In this document: piece by piece, positions 9,300 through 17,791 of the stretch | Numbering within the stretch: the stretch's first letter is position 1 | Layout: every line of letters begins with the position of its first letter | The notes under the pieces: generated by a model | Database searches by the model: none | What the model saw: the letters and a program-made list of their open reading frames with translations, nothing else | Told to the model about the DNA's origin: nothing | Translations under genes and position numbers: made by a program | Origin: Candidatus Woykebacteria bacterium | GTDB lineage: Bacteria; Patescibacteriota; Microgenomatia; Woykebacterales; RBG-16-39-9b | Length of the DNA: 64,000 nt | Reading direction: 5' to 3' | NCBI GenBank assembly: GCA_040876265.1 | Contig: JBBDPN010000001.1 | Coordinates: forward strand, 182,208-246,207

Positions 9300-10400
9300 T
9301 TGGTATCAGTGATGGACGGCGAAGAATTTAATGAGGCAGGTTTTGAAATTGAAAACAGCGAATTAGAAGGCGAAATCTTTAACGAAACTTCCCGTGTAGA
9401 TAATTCTAACAAGGGGACGCCAGAAGATCCTGTTGAGCAGCAGGGGCTGGGAGTTGATAAAGAAAAGGACACATTTGAAAATCGTGTCCAAAGACTTTTT
9501 GCAGAGTTAAAACAAGGCAGCGATATAGAGTTGTTTGACGGAGAAAAGGCAAAAATAAGTGAGATAACCTTAACGATCCCCCGTCATGCAGATATCGATC
9601 CGGAGAGATGGAAAAACCTTGAAGATCAAGTCAACCAAGATGGAAACGCAGAACAAGTTCTTAAGGGCAACCCCGATTTTAAAGTGGCCCTCTTTTATCT
9701 AACAACAGGGGGAGGAGAGAAGATTCGCTACGACGACGGTAAAATGAGGACTCTAATCCATTATTCGGAGGCGTTAGGTTCCCATCAAAGGACCTTACTG
9801 CGAGATTTACTTGACAACCCTAACGCCGACCTTACTAGTGCAACGGAAGCTGGGTTGCGAGATACTTTAGAAAGACTAGGATTTAGTGGTGAAAGAATAG
9901 AGACTCTAGCAAAGGATCCAAAAGCAGCGTTGCTTTCTATAAATCAAGCCTATTTAATGGAGGATGCAAATAAAGTCGTTTATATAAAGGTAGGTGAATA
10001 CGAAGGCGGAAATATCTATAGAGTTTTGGGTAGAACGAAATTCGGTAGGATGAATATTCAATTCGTTTTCGAAAAAGGGCATGGGTCAGGAAAGGAAGAT
10101 AAATCTGAGGAGGAGGAGGAAGAGGAAGCGGAGGATGAAGAGCTTCATGACGCCGAAGAGGTGTTAAGAATCGCCAAGACGACGTATGAGTATCTGATTA
10201 ACTTATCTCCAGAAAAAGGATCACAAGAGGTAGAATGGATGAAAATTTGGGGCGGTTATATTAAAAAGTTCGAATCTATTCTTAAAGGGATATCAGAAGA
10301 ACGAAAAGGAAGCAGAAAACTAATTTTTGGTCCAGAGTTTAATGAAATTTATAGATTCATTGTGGAAGCTGATACTCGAGGTATTAAGACAAAAAACTAG
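9300..10400 (+). CDS. Acidic hypothetical protein
   Basis: 366-aa ORF with a poly-Glu tract; no family recognised; real start may be ATG 9312. Confidence 0.7.
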   Translation: MVSVMDGEEFNEAGFEIENSELEGEIFNETSRVDNSNKGTPEDPVEQQGLGVDKEKDTFENRVQRLFAELKQGSDIELFDGEKAKISEITLTIPRHADIDPERWKNLEDQVNQDGNAEQVLKGNPDFKVALFYLTTGGGEKIRYDDGKMRTLIHYSEALGSHQRTLLRDLLDNPNADLTSATEAGLRDTLERLGFSGERIETLAKDPKAALLSINQAYLMEDANKVVYIKVGEYEGGNIYRVLGRTKFGRMNIQFVFEKGHGSGKEDKSEEEEEEEAEDEELHDAEEVLRIAKTTYEYLINLSPEKGSQEVEWMKIWGGYIKKFESILKGISEERKGSRKLIFGPEFNEIYRFIVEADTRGIKTKN

Positions 10401-10501
10401 CCCGACTTTAAATAATTTGAAACCTTTGATAGCTTGGATTTTGTCGCGATCATCGTTTTTTGTTTACAAAAATGGTGAAATTAGACAACCTTGTGACAGT
10501 A

Positions 10502-10681
10502 TCATAACAACGAGATAACCAACCGTTTTAGAGTTCCAAGTTTATCTCGGTCGCCTATTTTAGCTTTTTCGTTGGCGGTTTTTAGGATTTCGATGGATTT
10601 ATCATAGGTTTTGCGATTCACCGGATATGGAGTGCCGTCTTTGCCGTCGTAGAGAAGAAGAAAAGTAGTTCCAACTCTCAT
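10502..10681 (-). pseudogene. C-terminal remnant of a DUF763-family gene
   Basis: Minus strand encodes DGKDGTPYPVNRKTYDKSIEILKTANEKAKIGDRDKLGTLKRL, which resembles the DUF763 C-terminus (GGKDG.P.PV....YD..I..L..A...AK.G..DK...LKRL). The rest of the gene is absent. Confidence 0.65.
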
Positions 10682-10738
10682 ACCCTTACTCTACCAAATT
10701 TAGCCGTAGACCAACTGTTTTATGTTATTATTGCAGTT

Positions 10739-11230
10739 ATGGAGATATTTGGTTTTACGTTTTCGAAGTCTCTGGTGATTTTGGTTGTAGCGGTCGTTGT
10801 ATGGCTAGCCTCGCAATTACTTTCAAACACTTTTGTGACTGCTTTATCCTCTGGGACACCTACTGGTAAGAGGCTGAGAACACTAGGTAGTTTAGCTAGG
10901 ACTGCAACTTCTGCAGTGATCACTTTGGTGGCTGCGTTTATGATTATCCGGGAGTTGGGATTTGATATCGCGCCGCTCATCGCTAGCGCTGGGATTGCTG
11001 GTCTGGCCATTGGTTTTGGTGCTCAGACTCTAGTAAAAGACGTAATCGCCGGCGCCTTTATTCTCATCGAAAATCAATTTGATGAAGGTGATGAGATCGA
11101 GATAAACGGCAAGCGTGGCGTAGTTGAAAAAATTTCACTCCGAATTGTTTCCCTTCGGGATAAAGACAGCGCCCTACACATAGTCCCAAACGGCTCGATC
11201 CTAATGGTCAGCAACTTCTCCAAAAAATAA
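10739..11230 (+). CDS. Small-conductance mechanosensitive channel (MscS family, minimal form)
   Basis: IASAGIAGLAIGFGAQTLVKD, GDEIEING..GVVEKI, VPNG. Confidence 0.9.
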   Translation: MEIFGFTFSKSLVILVVAVVVWLASQLLSNTFVTALSSGTPTGKRLRTLGSLARTATSAVITLVAAFMIIRELGFDIAPLIASAGIAGLAIGFGAQTLVKDVIAGAFILIENQFDEGDEIEINGKRGVVEKISLRIVSLRDKDSALHIVPNGSILMVSNFSKK

Positions 11231-11246
11231 CCCTCACCAAGTCCTA

Positions 11247-11275
11247 TTGACATATACTATAAGTTAGTATATAAT
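11247..11275 (+). promoter_or_regulatory. Perfect-consensus sigma-70 promoter, leaderless transcript
   Basis: TTGACA (11247-52), 17 nt, TATAAT (11270-75), 7 nt, ATG 11283. Confidence 0.8.
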
Positions 11276-11282
11276 AGCCGAC

Positions 11283-11843
11283 ATGGTAAAAAAGCTGCTA
11301 GTTATAGGACTCACATTTGTTATAGTTCTACTTGTTTCCTCTAGCCCAGCCTTGGCTCACAGCAGAGGTGGGAACTCTCATGAGTATAAATCTTACGGTA
11401 AAAAAACGATCCAAATAAGCAAGCATAAAAAGCAAGGCAAATACCACTCCACTTATAAGCACAAATCTAAAAAGTATTCTTATAGTCATGAGGACAAGAA
11501 AGATAATAACCACAAATATCCTGTTGAGAAAAAGCACTACAGTAAGGTAGAAAAAGAAAAGGACAAGAAAGTTCACGGTAAGGATAAGCAAAATGTTTCT
11601 TGCAGGACCAAAACTTACGTAAAAAAGCACAGAAAAGAAACTCCTAAAAAGGAAAAGCCTGAAGATCCAAAAATAGAAAAAAAGGTTAAAAAAACTGAAA
11701 GTAAGGTATTAGGTGCCACCACTCTACCTGAAACTGGTCCAACCAGTAACAGCTACGTATATATTCCTCTGGGCTTGCTTCTAGGTGGTAGTGCTCTGTA
11801 CGTAGTTACCAGGCGCCTCGAAAAAGTCGAAGTAGCCAAATAA
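11283..11843 (+). CDS. Secreted Lys/His-rich surface protein with LPXTG sorting signal
   Basis: Signal peptide (PALA), low-complexity K/H-rich body, VLGATTLPETG + TM + RR tail. Confidence 0.8.
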   Translation: MVKKLLVIGLTFVIVLLVSSSPALAHSRGGNSHEYKSYGKKTIQISKHKKQGKYHSTYKHKSKKYSYSHEDKKDNNHKYPVEKKHYSKVEKEKDKKVHGKDKQNVSCRTKTYVKKHRKETPKKEKPEDPKIEKKVKKTESKVLGATTLPETGPTSNSYVYIPLGLLLGGSALYVVTRRLEKVEVAK

Positions 11844-11951
11844 ATTAATCTAGTTACATTTTGCTTGATACAGAAACCTATAGCCCGCTCTGTAATTCGA
11901 AATCTTTGGTTCCTCAGTACTCTTGCGTTCTGCGACCACTAAAGTGGACTA

Positions 11952-11970
11952 GACAAGGGCGGACCCTGTC
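11952..11970. repeat. REP-like palindrome (second copy)
   Basis: GAC-A-AGGG-CGGA-CCCT-GTC between convergent genes. Confidence 0.5.
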
Positions 11971-11978
11971 GGTTGCTG

Positions 11979-12488
11979 TTAGTTAGCCGGGATTTCGAGT
12001 TCGTCTCCTATTTTTAAGTTGTGCTCTGCAATAAACCCAGCGTTTACTTCGAGGACGTGCGTGGCTGGTTTATCTGGAGTGTACGTAGGTATACCGTTCC
12101 CTATTGGAATCGCTGCGTTTTCCACAAAATATGCGATTGTATTATTATCAATCCAAATAATATCAATTGGGAATTTCATATCTTTCATCCAAAAAGTGGC
12201 GATTTTTCTTTCAGGTAAATAAAAAAGCATCCCTTCACGCTCTCCCAGCGAAGTCCTTCCAGATAAACCCCTCTCCAGTTCGGCGGGTGTTTTTGCGATT
12301 TCCACGGTGATTTTTGTGCCGTTGATATCTAAGATCAAATGACCTCCATTCTCTACGGGTTTATTGGGTTTACTTTGAATTGAAGTTAAGGTAAAAATTG
12401 AAAAGGATATCAAAGCTAGACCAAAAATAATAACGATTATTTTGGGCGTGATACTCTTATGATTTGGCACCCTTATATTTTCACACAA
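11979..12488 (-). CDS. DUF192 family protein
   Basis: VEIAKT...RGLSGR..L...EGMLF, FWMKDMKFPIDIIWI, VLEVNAG; start uncertain. Confidence 0.88.
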   Translation of the reverse strand: MCENIRVPNHKSITPKIIVIIFGLALISFSIFTLTSIQSKPNKPVENGGHLILDINGTKITVEIAKTPAELERGLSGRTSLGEREGMLFYLPERKIATFWMKDMKFPIDIIWIDNNTIAYFVENAAIPIGNGIPTYTPDKPATHVLEVNAGFIAEHNLKIGDELEIPAN

Positions 12489-12544
12489 TTTGCAATACTA
12501 GGCAATAAATTTTATACTCCAATTCCTTGGAAGGAGGAGTAGTC

Positions 12545-13399
12545 TTGGGGAGCAAGATCTTCGTCGTAACTGACAGCACTGCCTGCATTTCGCCGGAAAC
12601 TTTGGCCAAATACGACAATCTGCTTGTTGTTCCTCTGGAAGCTATCTTTGATGATGAGGTCATCGACGATGGTGTTTTGAGCGACGACGAGTTCTACGAG
12701 AAACTCGCTAATTCCAAAAAGCCGTCAACTAGCGCTCCTAGTGAGGGGAAGTTTATCGAAGTCTTCCACAAAGCTGCTGAAGCTGGAGCCCGCAACATCA
12801 TCTGCGTGACACTTAGCAGTAAACTTAGTGCTACGTACACCAATGCGGGTTATGCGGCTACTCAGCTGGAAAAAGAAGGTGTTTGGGTGTATTTGCACGA
12901 CTCCCAATTCGTCTCTTACGGCCTTGCTAAACAAGCTCTAATTGCTTCCGAGATGGCGAATCGTGGAGCTAGTGTGGAAGAGATAACCAAAACTCTAGAA
13001 GACTTGGTGGATCGGACCCATTTGGTGGTAGCTCTTGATACCTTAGAGTACCTGAGAAGAGGTGGAAGAATTGGTCGAGCGAGAAGATGGTTGGGAGCAC
13101 TCCTAAAGCTCAAGCCCATTTTGGAAGTGGCTCAAGGAGAAGTCCAACCTCTTGAGCGAGCGCATGGCCATAGGGTGGCAGTAAAGAAACTCGTCAACAG
13201 AGCAAAAACGCTTGGTCCTCTGGAGGATCTAGCTATCTCACACGGGCTCTTTCCTGAAGGCGTTCAGGACTTCAGAGAAGAAATGAAGCTTCAAGGTCTA
13301 AGACCCGATAATCTTCTTGAAGTCCCAATGACCTCAGTGATTGCTGTTCATGGTGGGCCGAAGATGCTTGGTTTTGTGGCAATAGAAAGGTCAAGATGA
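12545..13399 (+). CDS. DegV/FakB fatty-acid-binding protein
   Basis: VVTDSTAC, STSAPS, LSSKLSATY, TLEYLRRGGRIG, VHGGP; TTG start behind SD GGAAGGAGG. Confidence 0.92.
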   Translation: MGSKIFVVTDSTACISPETLAKYDNLLVVPLEAIFDDEVIDDGVLSDDEFYEKLANSKKPSTSAPSEGKFIEVFHKAAEAGARNIICVTLSSKLSATYTNAGYAATQLEKEGVWVYLHDSQFVSYGLAKQALIASEMANRGASVEEITKTLEDLVDRTHLVVALDTLEYLRRGGRIGRARRWLGALLKLKPILEVAQGEVQPLERAHGHRVAVKKLVNRAKTLGPLEDLAISHGLFPEGVQDFREEMKLQGLRPDNLLEVPMTSVIAVHGGPKMLGFVAIERSR

Positions 13400-13403
13400 T
13401 TCT

Positions 13404-13445
13404 GGCGGTGGGATGTAAGAGGCAACTGCCTTTACACCCACCGCC
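13404..13445. terminator. Long hairpin between convergent degV and plsC
   Basis: GGCGGTGGG-A-TGTAA-G-AGGC/AACT/GCCT-TTACA-CCCACCGCC. Confidence 0.7.
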
Positions 13446-13457
13446 TCAATATTTCAC

Positions 13458-14117
13458 TTAGGTTTCTTTGTTTGTCGCCACTCGTCCGGCGTAGAACCCC
13501 CTATTCATAGGACCCACTCCGGTAGCGACCAACAGACCGATTTGGTCAGCGATCTCCTGTTTATTTCTTCCAGCAAGTTGTATCTTCACCGGTTGGTGGA
13601 TGATTACCCTGACGGGTGGTCTTCGCCGGAAAATTAGTCGCGGAATTTCCTTCCAAAGGTCTCCGCGAAGCAAGTCCTCGGTCCCGCTGATCGAGACGGG
13701 TACCACCGGTATTCTGCTGCGCGAGGCAAGAGGGACAAAGCCAGCGTGAAAGCGTTTCATTGCCGTGGACCTAGTCCCTTCCGCAAAGATAACCATTGAT
13801 CTCCCTGACCGCAGAAGAGCTTCCATCTCACGGAACTGAGAAAGAGCGAATTCTTCCCGGTCGATCCAGACTATTCTGGTCACCAATTTCAGGAATAACC
13901 TGAGAGCGGGCTTTCCATAATCCTTTCGGACGACAAAATTGATCGGAAACGGAAATGCGTATTCGAGGACTGAACCGTCAGCGCCGTCAACGTGATTGGA
14001 CACGATGATACAAGCGCCCAATCTTCTGACCAATTCTCCTCCCTCGACTTTAATCGGTGCAATTCCGGTAGTGTACAGAAATGTCCACAAGGGCATGAAA
14101 AACCAACGCAGTAGCAC
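13458..14117 (-). CDS. plsC: 1-acyl-sn-glycerol-3-phosphate (lysophospholipid) acyltransferase, PlsC family
   Basis: SNHVDGAD (HxxxxD), IDR, FAEGTRS, IPVVPVSI; GTG start at 14117 behind SD GGGAGGTG. Confidence 0.85.
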   Translation of the reverse strand: MLLRWFFMPLWTFLYTTGIAPIKVEGGELVRRLGACIIVSNHVDGADGSVLEYAFPFPINFVVRKDYGKPALRLFLKLVTRIVWIDREEFALSQFREMEALLRSGRSMVIFAEGTRSTAMKRFHAGFVPLASRSRIPVVPVSISGTEDLLRGDLWKEIPRLIFRRRPPVRVIIHQPVKIQLAGRNKQEIADQIGLLVATGVGPMNRGFYAGRVATNKET

Positions 14118-14207
14118 TAAAGCACCTCCCTTTTCTTTCTTCCGGCAGCGAATTTTAAAGTAAATCTGGATGGTTGACAAGTACTTATTTAAGACTTAAA
14201 TAGAAAT

Positions 14208-15011
14208 ATGAAACGAAAACTTTTAGCTGGTTTTATCTTTGCAATTATTTTCTTGGTTTCATATCTTCTCCTCTATTCCCCAAGCTTTATTTCAAATAAA
14301 GTTGTGCAGAGCGGCCCAACCCAAAATCCGAGTTCAGCCGCCACGTCTATTTTAGAAAATGAAAAGAAGCAGCAAGTAAGTAAAAATCAGTCTGGGACTG
14401 AAGGAGTTAAGGTTACGAGAGTGGTTGATGGCGACACTATTGAGATCGAAACCGGCCAAAAGGTTCGCTATATTGGTATTGATACACCTGAGACTTCTGA
14501 TCCTAGGACTGGGGTGCAATGTTTTGGCAAGGAGGCAACCAAGAAAAACCGCGAACTGGTTGAAGGAAAACGCGTAAGACTTGAAAAAGACGTCTCGGAA
14601 ACTGACAAATACGGAAGACTACTGCGTTATATCTTCGTTCCTTCGCCATCTTCCGGACAAGATGGTTTAGTTAGTGAGACTTTAGTAAAAGAAGGTTTTG
14701 CTTTTTCTTCCCCATATCCTCCTGATATTAAATACCAAGATATTTTTAATAAAGCAGAGAAATTTGCAAAGAAAAACGATAAAGGCCTTTGGGGTTCGTG
14801 TGGGTTTATTGCTGGGGTTGACGATAAGCAAACTGCTCCAGAAACCGACTGTGTAATCAAAGGAAATATTGGCGGTTCCGGTGAGAAAATTTATCATCTT
14901 CCTGGGCAACGTTATTACAACCAAACAGTTATCAGCGAAGATAAAGGTGAACGTTGGTTTTGCACTGAATCTGCGGCACAGGCAGCCGGTTGGCGAAAAT
15001 CAAAACTATGA
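14208..15011 (+). CDS. Membrane-anchored thermonuclease (SNase) with C-terminal Cys-containing domain
   Basis: VVDGDTIE, VRYIGIDTPE, DKYGRLLRY, KGLWG; C-terminal CVIKGNI..KIYHLPGQRYY..ERWFCTE..A.AAGWR. Confidence 0.9.
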   Translation: MKRKLLAGFIFAIIFLVSYLLLYSPSFISNKVVQSGPTQNPSSAATSILENEKKQQVSKNQSGTEGVKVTRVVDGDTIEIETGQKVRYIGIDTPETSDPRTGVQCFGKEATKKNRELVEGKRVRLEKDVSETDKYGRLLRYIFVPSPSSGQDGLVSETLVKEGFAFSSPYPPDIKYQDIFNKAEKFAKKNDKGLWGSCGFIAGVDDKQTAPETDCVIKGNIGGSGEKIYHLPGQRYYNQTVISEDKGERWFCTESAAQAAGWRKSKL

Positions 15012-15059
15012 TTTGTTATACTATAAAGGTAAAAAGGAGACAGCCGGAAGGAGAAACCG

Positions 15060-16052
15060 TTGACTTACGTGATGACAGGTCCCTGGACTCAGGAAGGTCG
15101 ATACAACGCCATCCAGAAGGCCGTAGCCGAAATCTACGACCGGTATTTCAGAGGCGGGCCACGATGGGTAGCAAAACATCTGCCCGAGAGAAGTCAGATG
15201 CTAGAGTGGGCCGATAAGGTGAGTCCTGAAAGCACCGAGATCATAGTCGGGGATTTCGGCGTTGAGTCCTTCATTGAAGACTACGCCGAGATGGCTATCC
15301 TCGCTTCTGGAGACAGCTATTCCACCAGGCAGATATATACCCAGTGGGTATACGACGAGACTCGTCACAGCAAAGCGCTTTGGTACTGTCTGGTTGATTC
15401 GGGTCTTCGATCGCCGAGGGCGATGGACGAATATCTTCACCAGTGCGAGCAGGATGTCTGGACTTTCGAGAAGCAGACTGGTCACGAGGCTACGCCGGAG
15501 CGAGGGGCTGCGTATGCAATCGCCCAGGAGCGGCAAACCAAGAGGAATTATCGGCGAATGCGAGACCGTATTTGGCAGGAGTACGGCTCACCCTGTGGTG
15601 AGGATGATAGGCCCGTATATCCTGCCATCGCCGGTGTTTGTGGCACGCTTTCTACCGACGAAGGTTATCACGAGGGTGTGTTCCGCAACATCACTAGAGC
15701 GTACCTACGGTACTGGCCGGATAAAGCCCTGCAGGCGATGTGGGATGTATACGAGAGGTACCGCATGCCGATCGTGAAGCTGCCCAATGCTGAAGCCTTT
15801 CTCGCGGCCGTGCTTTCTACCGGGATTGACTCCCACCGCGATGTGATCACAGAAATTCTGAAGCCTACCTACAAGGCTTTGGGTCTGGAGAGTCGAGTCG
15901 CGGTAAAGAGAGCAGCTGGAAACAGTTGGGATCTTCCGGACGGAGCGGTGATCCAGATCGGTGACAAGGCGGATTCAAGCTGGTCCGAAGGAGTGATCCC
16001 CTACGTCATGAAGCCTGACGGCTCGTTTGTTCCTGTGGAACGAGCTGCTTAG
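15060..16052 (+). CDS. Ferritin-like di-iron protein, acyl-ACP desaturase-like
   Basis: Ligand pattern GVE...DETRH...QE..T...DEGYH; TTG start behind SD GGAAGGAG. Confidence 0.7.
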   Translation: MTYVMTGPWTQEGRYNAIQKAVAEIYDRYFRGGPRWVAKHLPERSQMLEWADKVSPESTEIIVGDFGVESFIEDYAEMAILASGDSYSTRQIYTQWVYDETRHSKALWYCLVDSGLRSPRAMDEYLHQCEQDVWTFEKQTGHEATPERGAAYAIAQERQTKRNYRRMRDRIWQEYGSPCGEDDRPVYPAIAGVCGTLSTDEGYHEGVFRNITRAYLRYWPDKALQAMWDVYERYRMPIVKLPNAEAFLAAVLSTGIDSHRDVITEILKPTYKALGLESRVAVKRAAGNSWDLPDGAVIQIGDKADSSWSEGVIPYVMKPDGSFVPVERAA

Positions 16053-16068
16053 GTAACGGACACAACAC

Positions 16069-16112
16069 GACCCGTTTCTACCAGATCGAAAGATCGCCGG
16101 TGGAAACGGGTC
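16069..16112 (+). terminator. Long 3' hairpin after the desaturase-like gene
   Basis: GACCCGTTTCTACC..GATC-GAAA-GATC..GGTGGAAACGGGTC; no adjacent U-tract. Confidence 0.55.
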
Positions 16113-16176
16113 CAACTCCCCTGATCTATTTTGACCCAGTTGACTTATTCGGTATATTTTCGGATTATAATAATGT

Positions 16177-17382
16177 ATGCGAGCCAACTGGATGCACATA
16201 GATATGGATGCTTTCTTTGCTTCTGTTGAAGTTAAGATCAACCCAGTTCTTGAAGGTAAACCAGTCCTTGTTGGTCGGGTCGATCCTCACGGGCGTTCTG
16301 TCCCCCGTGGTGTTGTGGCTACTGCTTCCTACGAAGCTAGAAAATTTGGCGCCCGCTCTGGTATGCCTCTTTTCCAAGCGCTACGTCTTTGCCCGCAGTG
16401 TACCGTAGTTGGTGGCCACTACGAAGAATATATAAAAGCCTCCGACGCTGTTTTTTCTATTTGTGCACGTTGGGCACCGAAAATAGAATACAGTTCTTTG
16501 GATGAAGCATTTCTCGATTTCTCCGGTACGGAACTTATTTACCAGGATTTAGTTGACGTAGCCAGAAAAATTAAAGAGACTGTAAAAGGCGAAGTCGGTA
16601 TCACCGCTTCTATAGGAATCGCGGCGACAAAAGTGGTTGCCAAAGTAGCTAGTGATCATGAAAAGCCTGATGGTTTAACTTATGTGAAAGCCGGAACCGA
16701 AAAAGAATTTCTCGCTCCCCTACCTATCAAAGACTTGCCTGGAATTGGTAGAAAAATGGAAGAGTATTTTCACCGGCTCGGAGTAAAAACTCTCGGGGAG
16801 CTGGCGGCTGTTCCCTACGAGAAAATACGCTCTTGGGGACAATTTGCCATCAATATTTGGAAAGCTGCTAACGGAGCAGATAATATTTGGTTTACACCAC
16901 GCACGCAAGTGAAATCTGTTTCTCGAAGTGAAACTTTTCCGAAAAATAGTGCAGATATTAAATTTATTTTAGCCATGCTTCAGCACCTTGCGGAAAAAGT
17001 TGGCGAAGAGGTGCGGAGTGAAGGCTACAGTGGTCGTTGTGTCTATGTAACGATCCGCTACAGCGACTTTCGGACCGCTTCTCGCCAGAGAGTACTTCCC
17101 TACCCTACATCTTCTACGAAAGAAATTTACGAGATGGGAAAACAATTGTTGGAAGAATTTTGGGATCACAATACATCATTGCGTTTGGTTGGAATCGGAA
17201 TTTCTCAATTTGCCCGCCTGCCGGACGGTCAGGGTGAGACAGTCCAGTCATCTTTATTTGACGGGGTTCGTAACAAACGGTTGGATCTGGAAAAAAGAGT
17301 AGACCACCTGCGCGAAAAATTCGGAAAAGGCTCTGTGGTTCCAGCTAGTTTAATGAAGCTTGGAAAAGTAAGGAGGGTTTAG
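16177..17382 (+). CDS. dinB: DNA polymerase IV (Y family)
   Basis: HIDMDAFFASVE, ASYEARKFG, SLDEAFLD, KPDG, LPGIG, LRLVGI. Confidence 0.95.
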   Translation: MRANWMHIDMDAFFASVEVKINPVLEGKPVLVGRVDPHGRSVPRGVVATASYEARKFGARSGMPLFQALRLCPQCTVVGGHYEEYIKASDAVFSICARWAPKIEYSSLDEAFLDFSGTELIYQDLVDVARKIKETVKGEVGITASIGIAATKVVAKVASDHEKPDGLTYVKAGTEKEFLAPLPIKDLPGIGRKMEEYFHRLGVKTLGELAAVPYEKIRSWGQFAINIWKAANGADNIWFTPRTQVKSVSRSETFPKNSADIKFILAMLQHLAEKVGEEVRSEGYSGRCVYVTIRYSDFRTASRQRVLPYPTSSTKEIYEMGKQLLEEFWDHNTSLRLVGIGISQFARLPDGQGETVQSSLFDGVRNKRLDLEKRVDHLREKFGKGSVVPASLMKLGKVRRV

Positions 17383-17431
17383 AAATAGGATTTCTTTACA
17401 AACTTGCATTTTCAAATTACACTATGGCCAT

Positions 17432-17791
17432 ATGGCTTACGAGATTAAGGAAAAGGAAGGATATTTTCTTTACAAAGCTAGCGGACTCTATACGGTGCAG
17501 GATATAGAGGGACTTATCCAAAACTTCGATAAAAAGATGGAAAAAGATCCAAACGCGAAGTTTTTGCTGGACTACTCCGAGATGACAAATTTTGAACAAA
17601 GGGCTTTAAAAACCGCCTATGATCGCATGGAACAGGGATTTCCCAAAGGTGTGAAAATTGCAATCGTTTACAATAAAGGCGGCTATCTTTACCATATCCT
17701 TGATATGGCAGCCAAGTCAATAGCACAAAATGCGAGGTTTTTTGGAGGCTCTGAAGAAGCCGAGAAGTGGCTTCTTGGAACCACTAGTTAA
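17432..17791 (+). CDS. STAS/SEC14 (SpoIIAA-like) small protein
   Basis: KFLLDYSEM, KIAIV, RFF..EEAEKWL pattern. Confidence 0.65.
   Translation: MAYEIKEKEGYFLYKASGLYTVQDIEGLIQNFDKKMEKDPNAKFLLDYSEMTNFEQRALKTAYDRMEQGFPKGVKIAIVYNKGGYLYHILDMAAKSIAQNARFFGGSEEAEKWLLGTTS

Noticed and set aside
16113-16176. LexA/SOS box upstream of dinB
   Set aside because: Neither GAAC-N4-GTTC nor CTGT-N8-ACAG is present.
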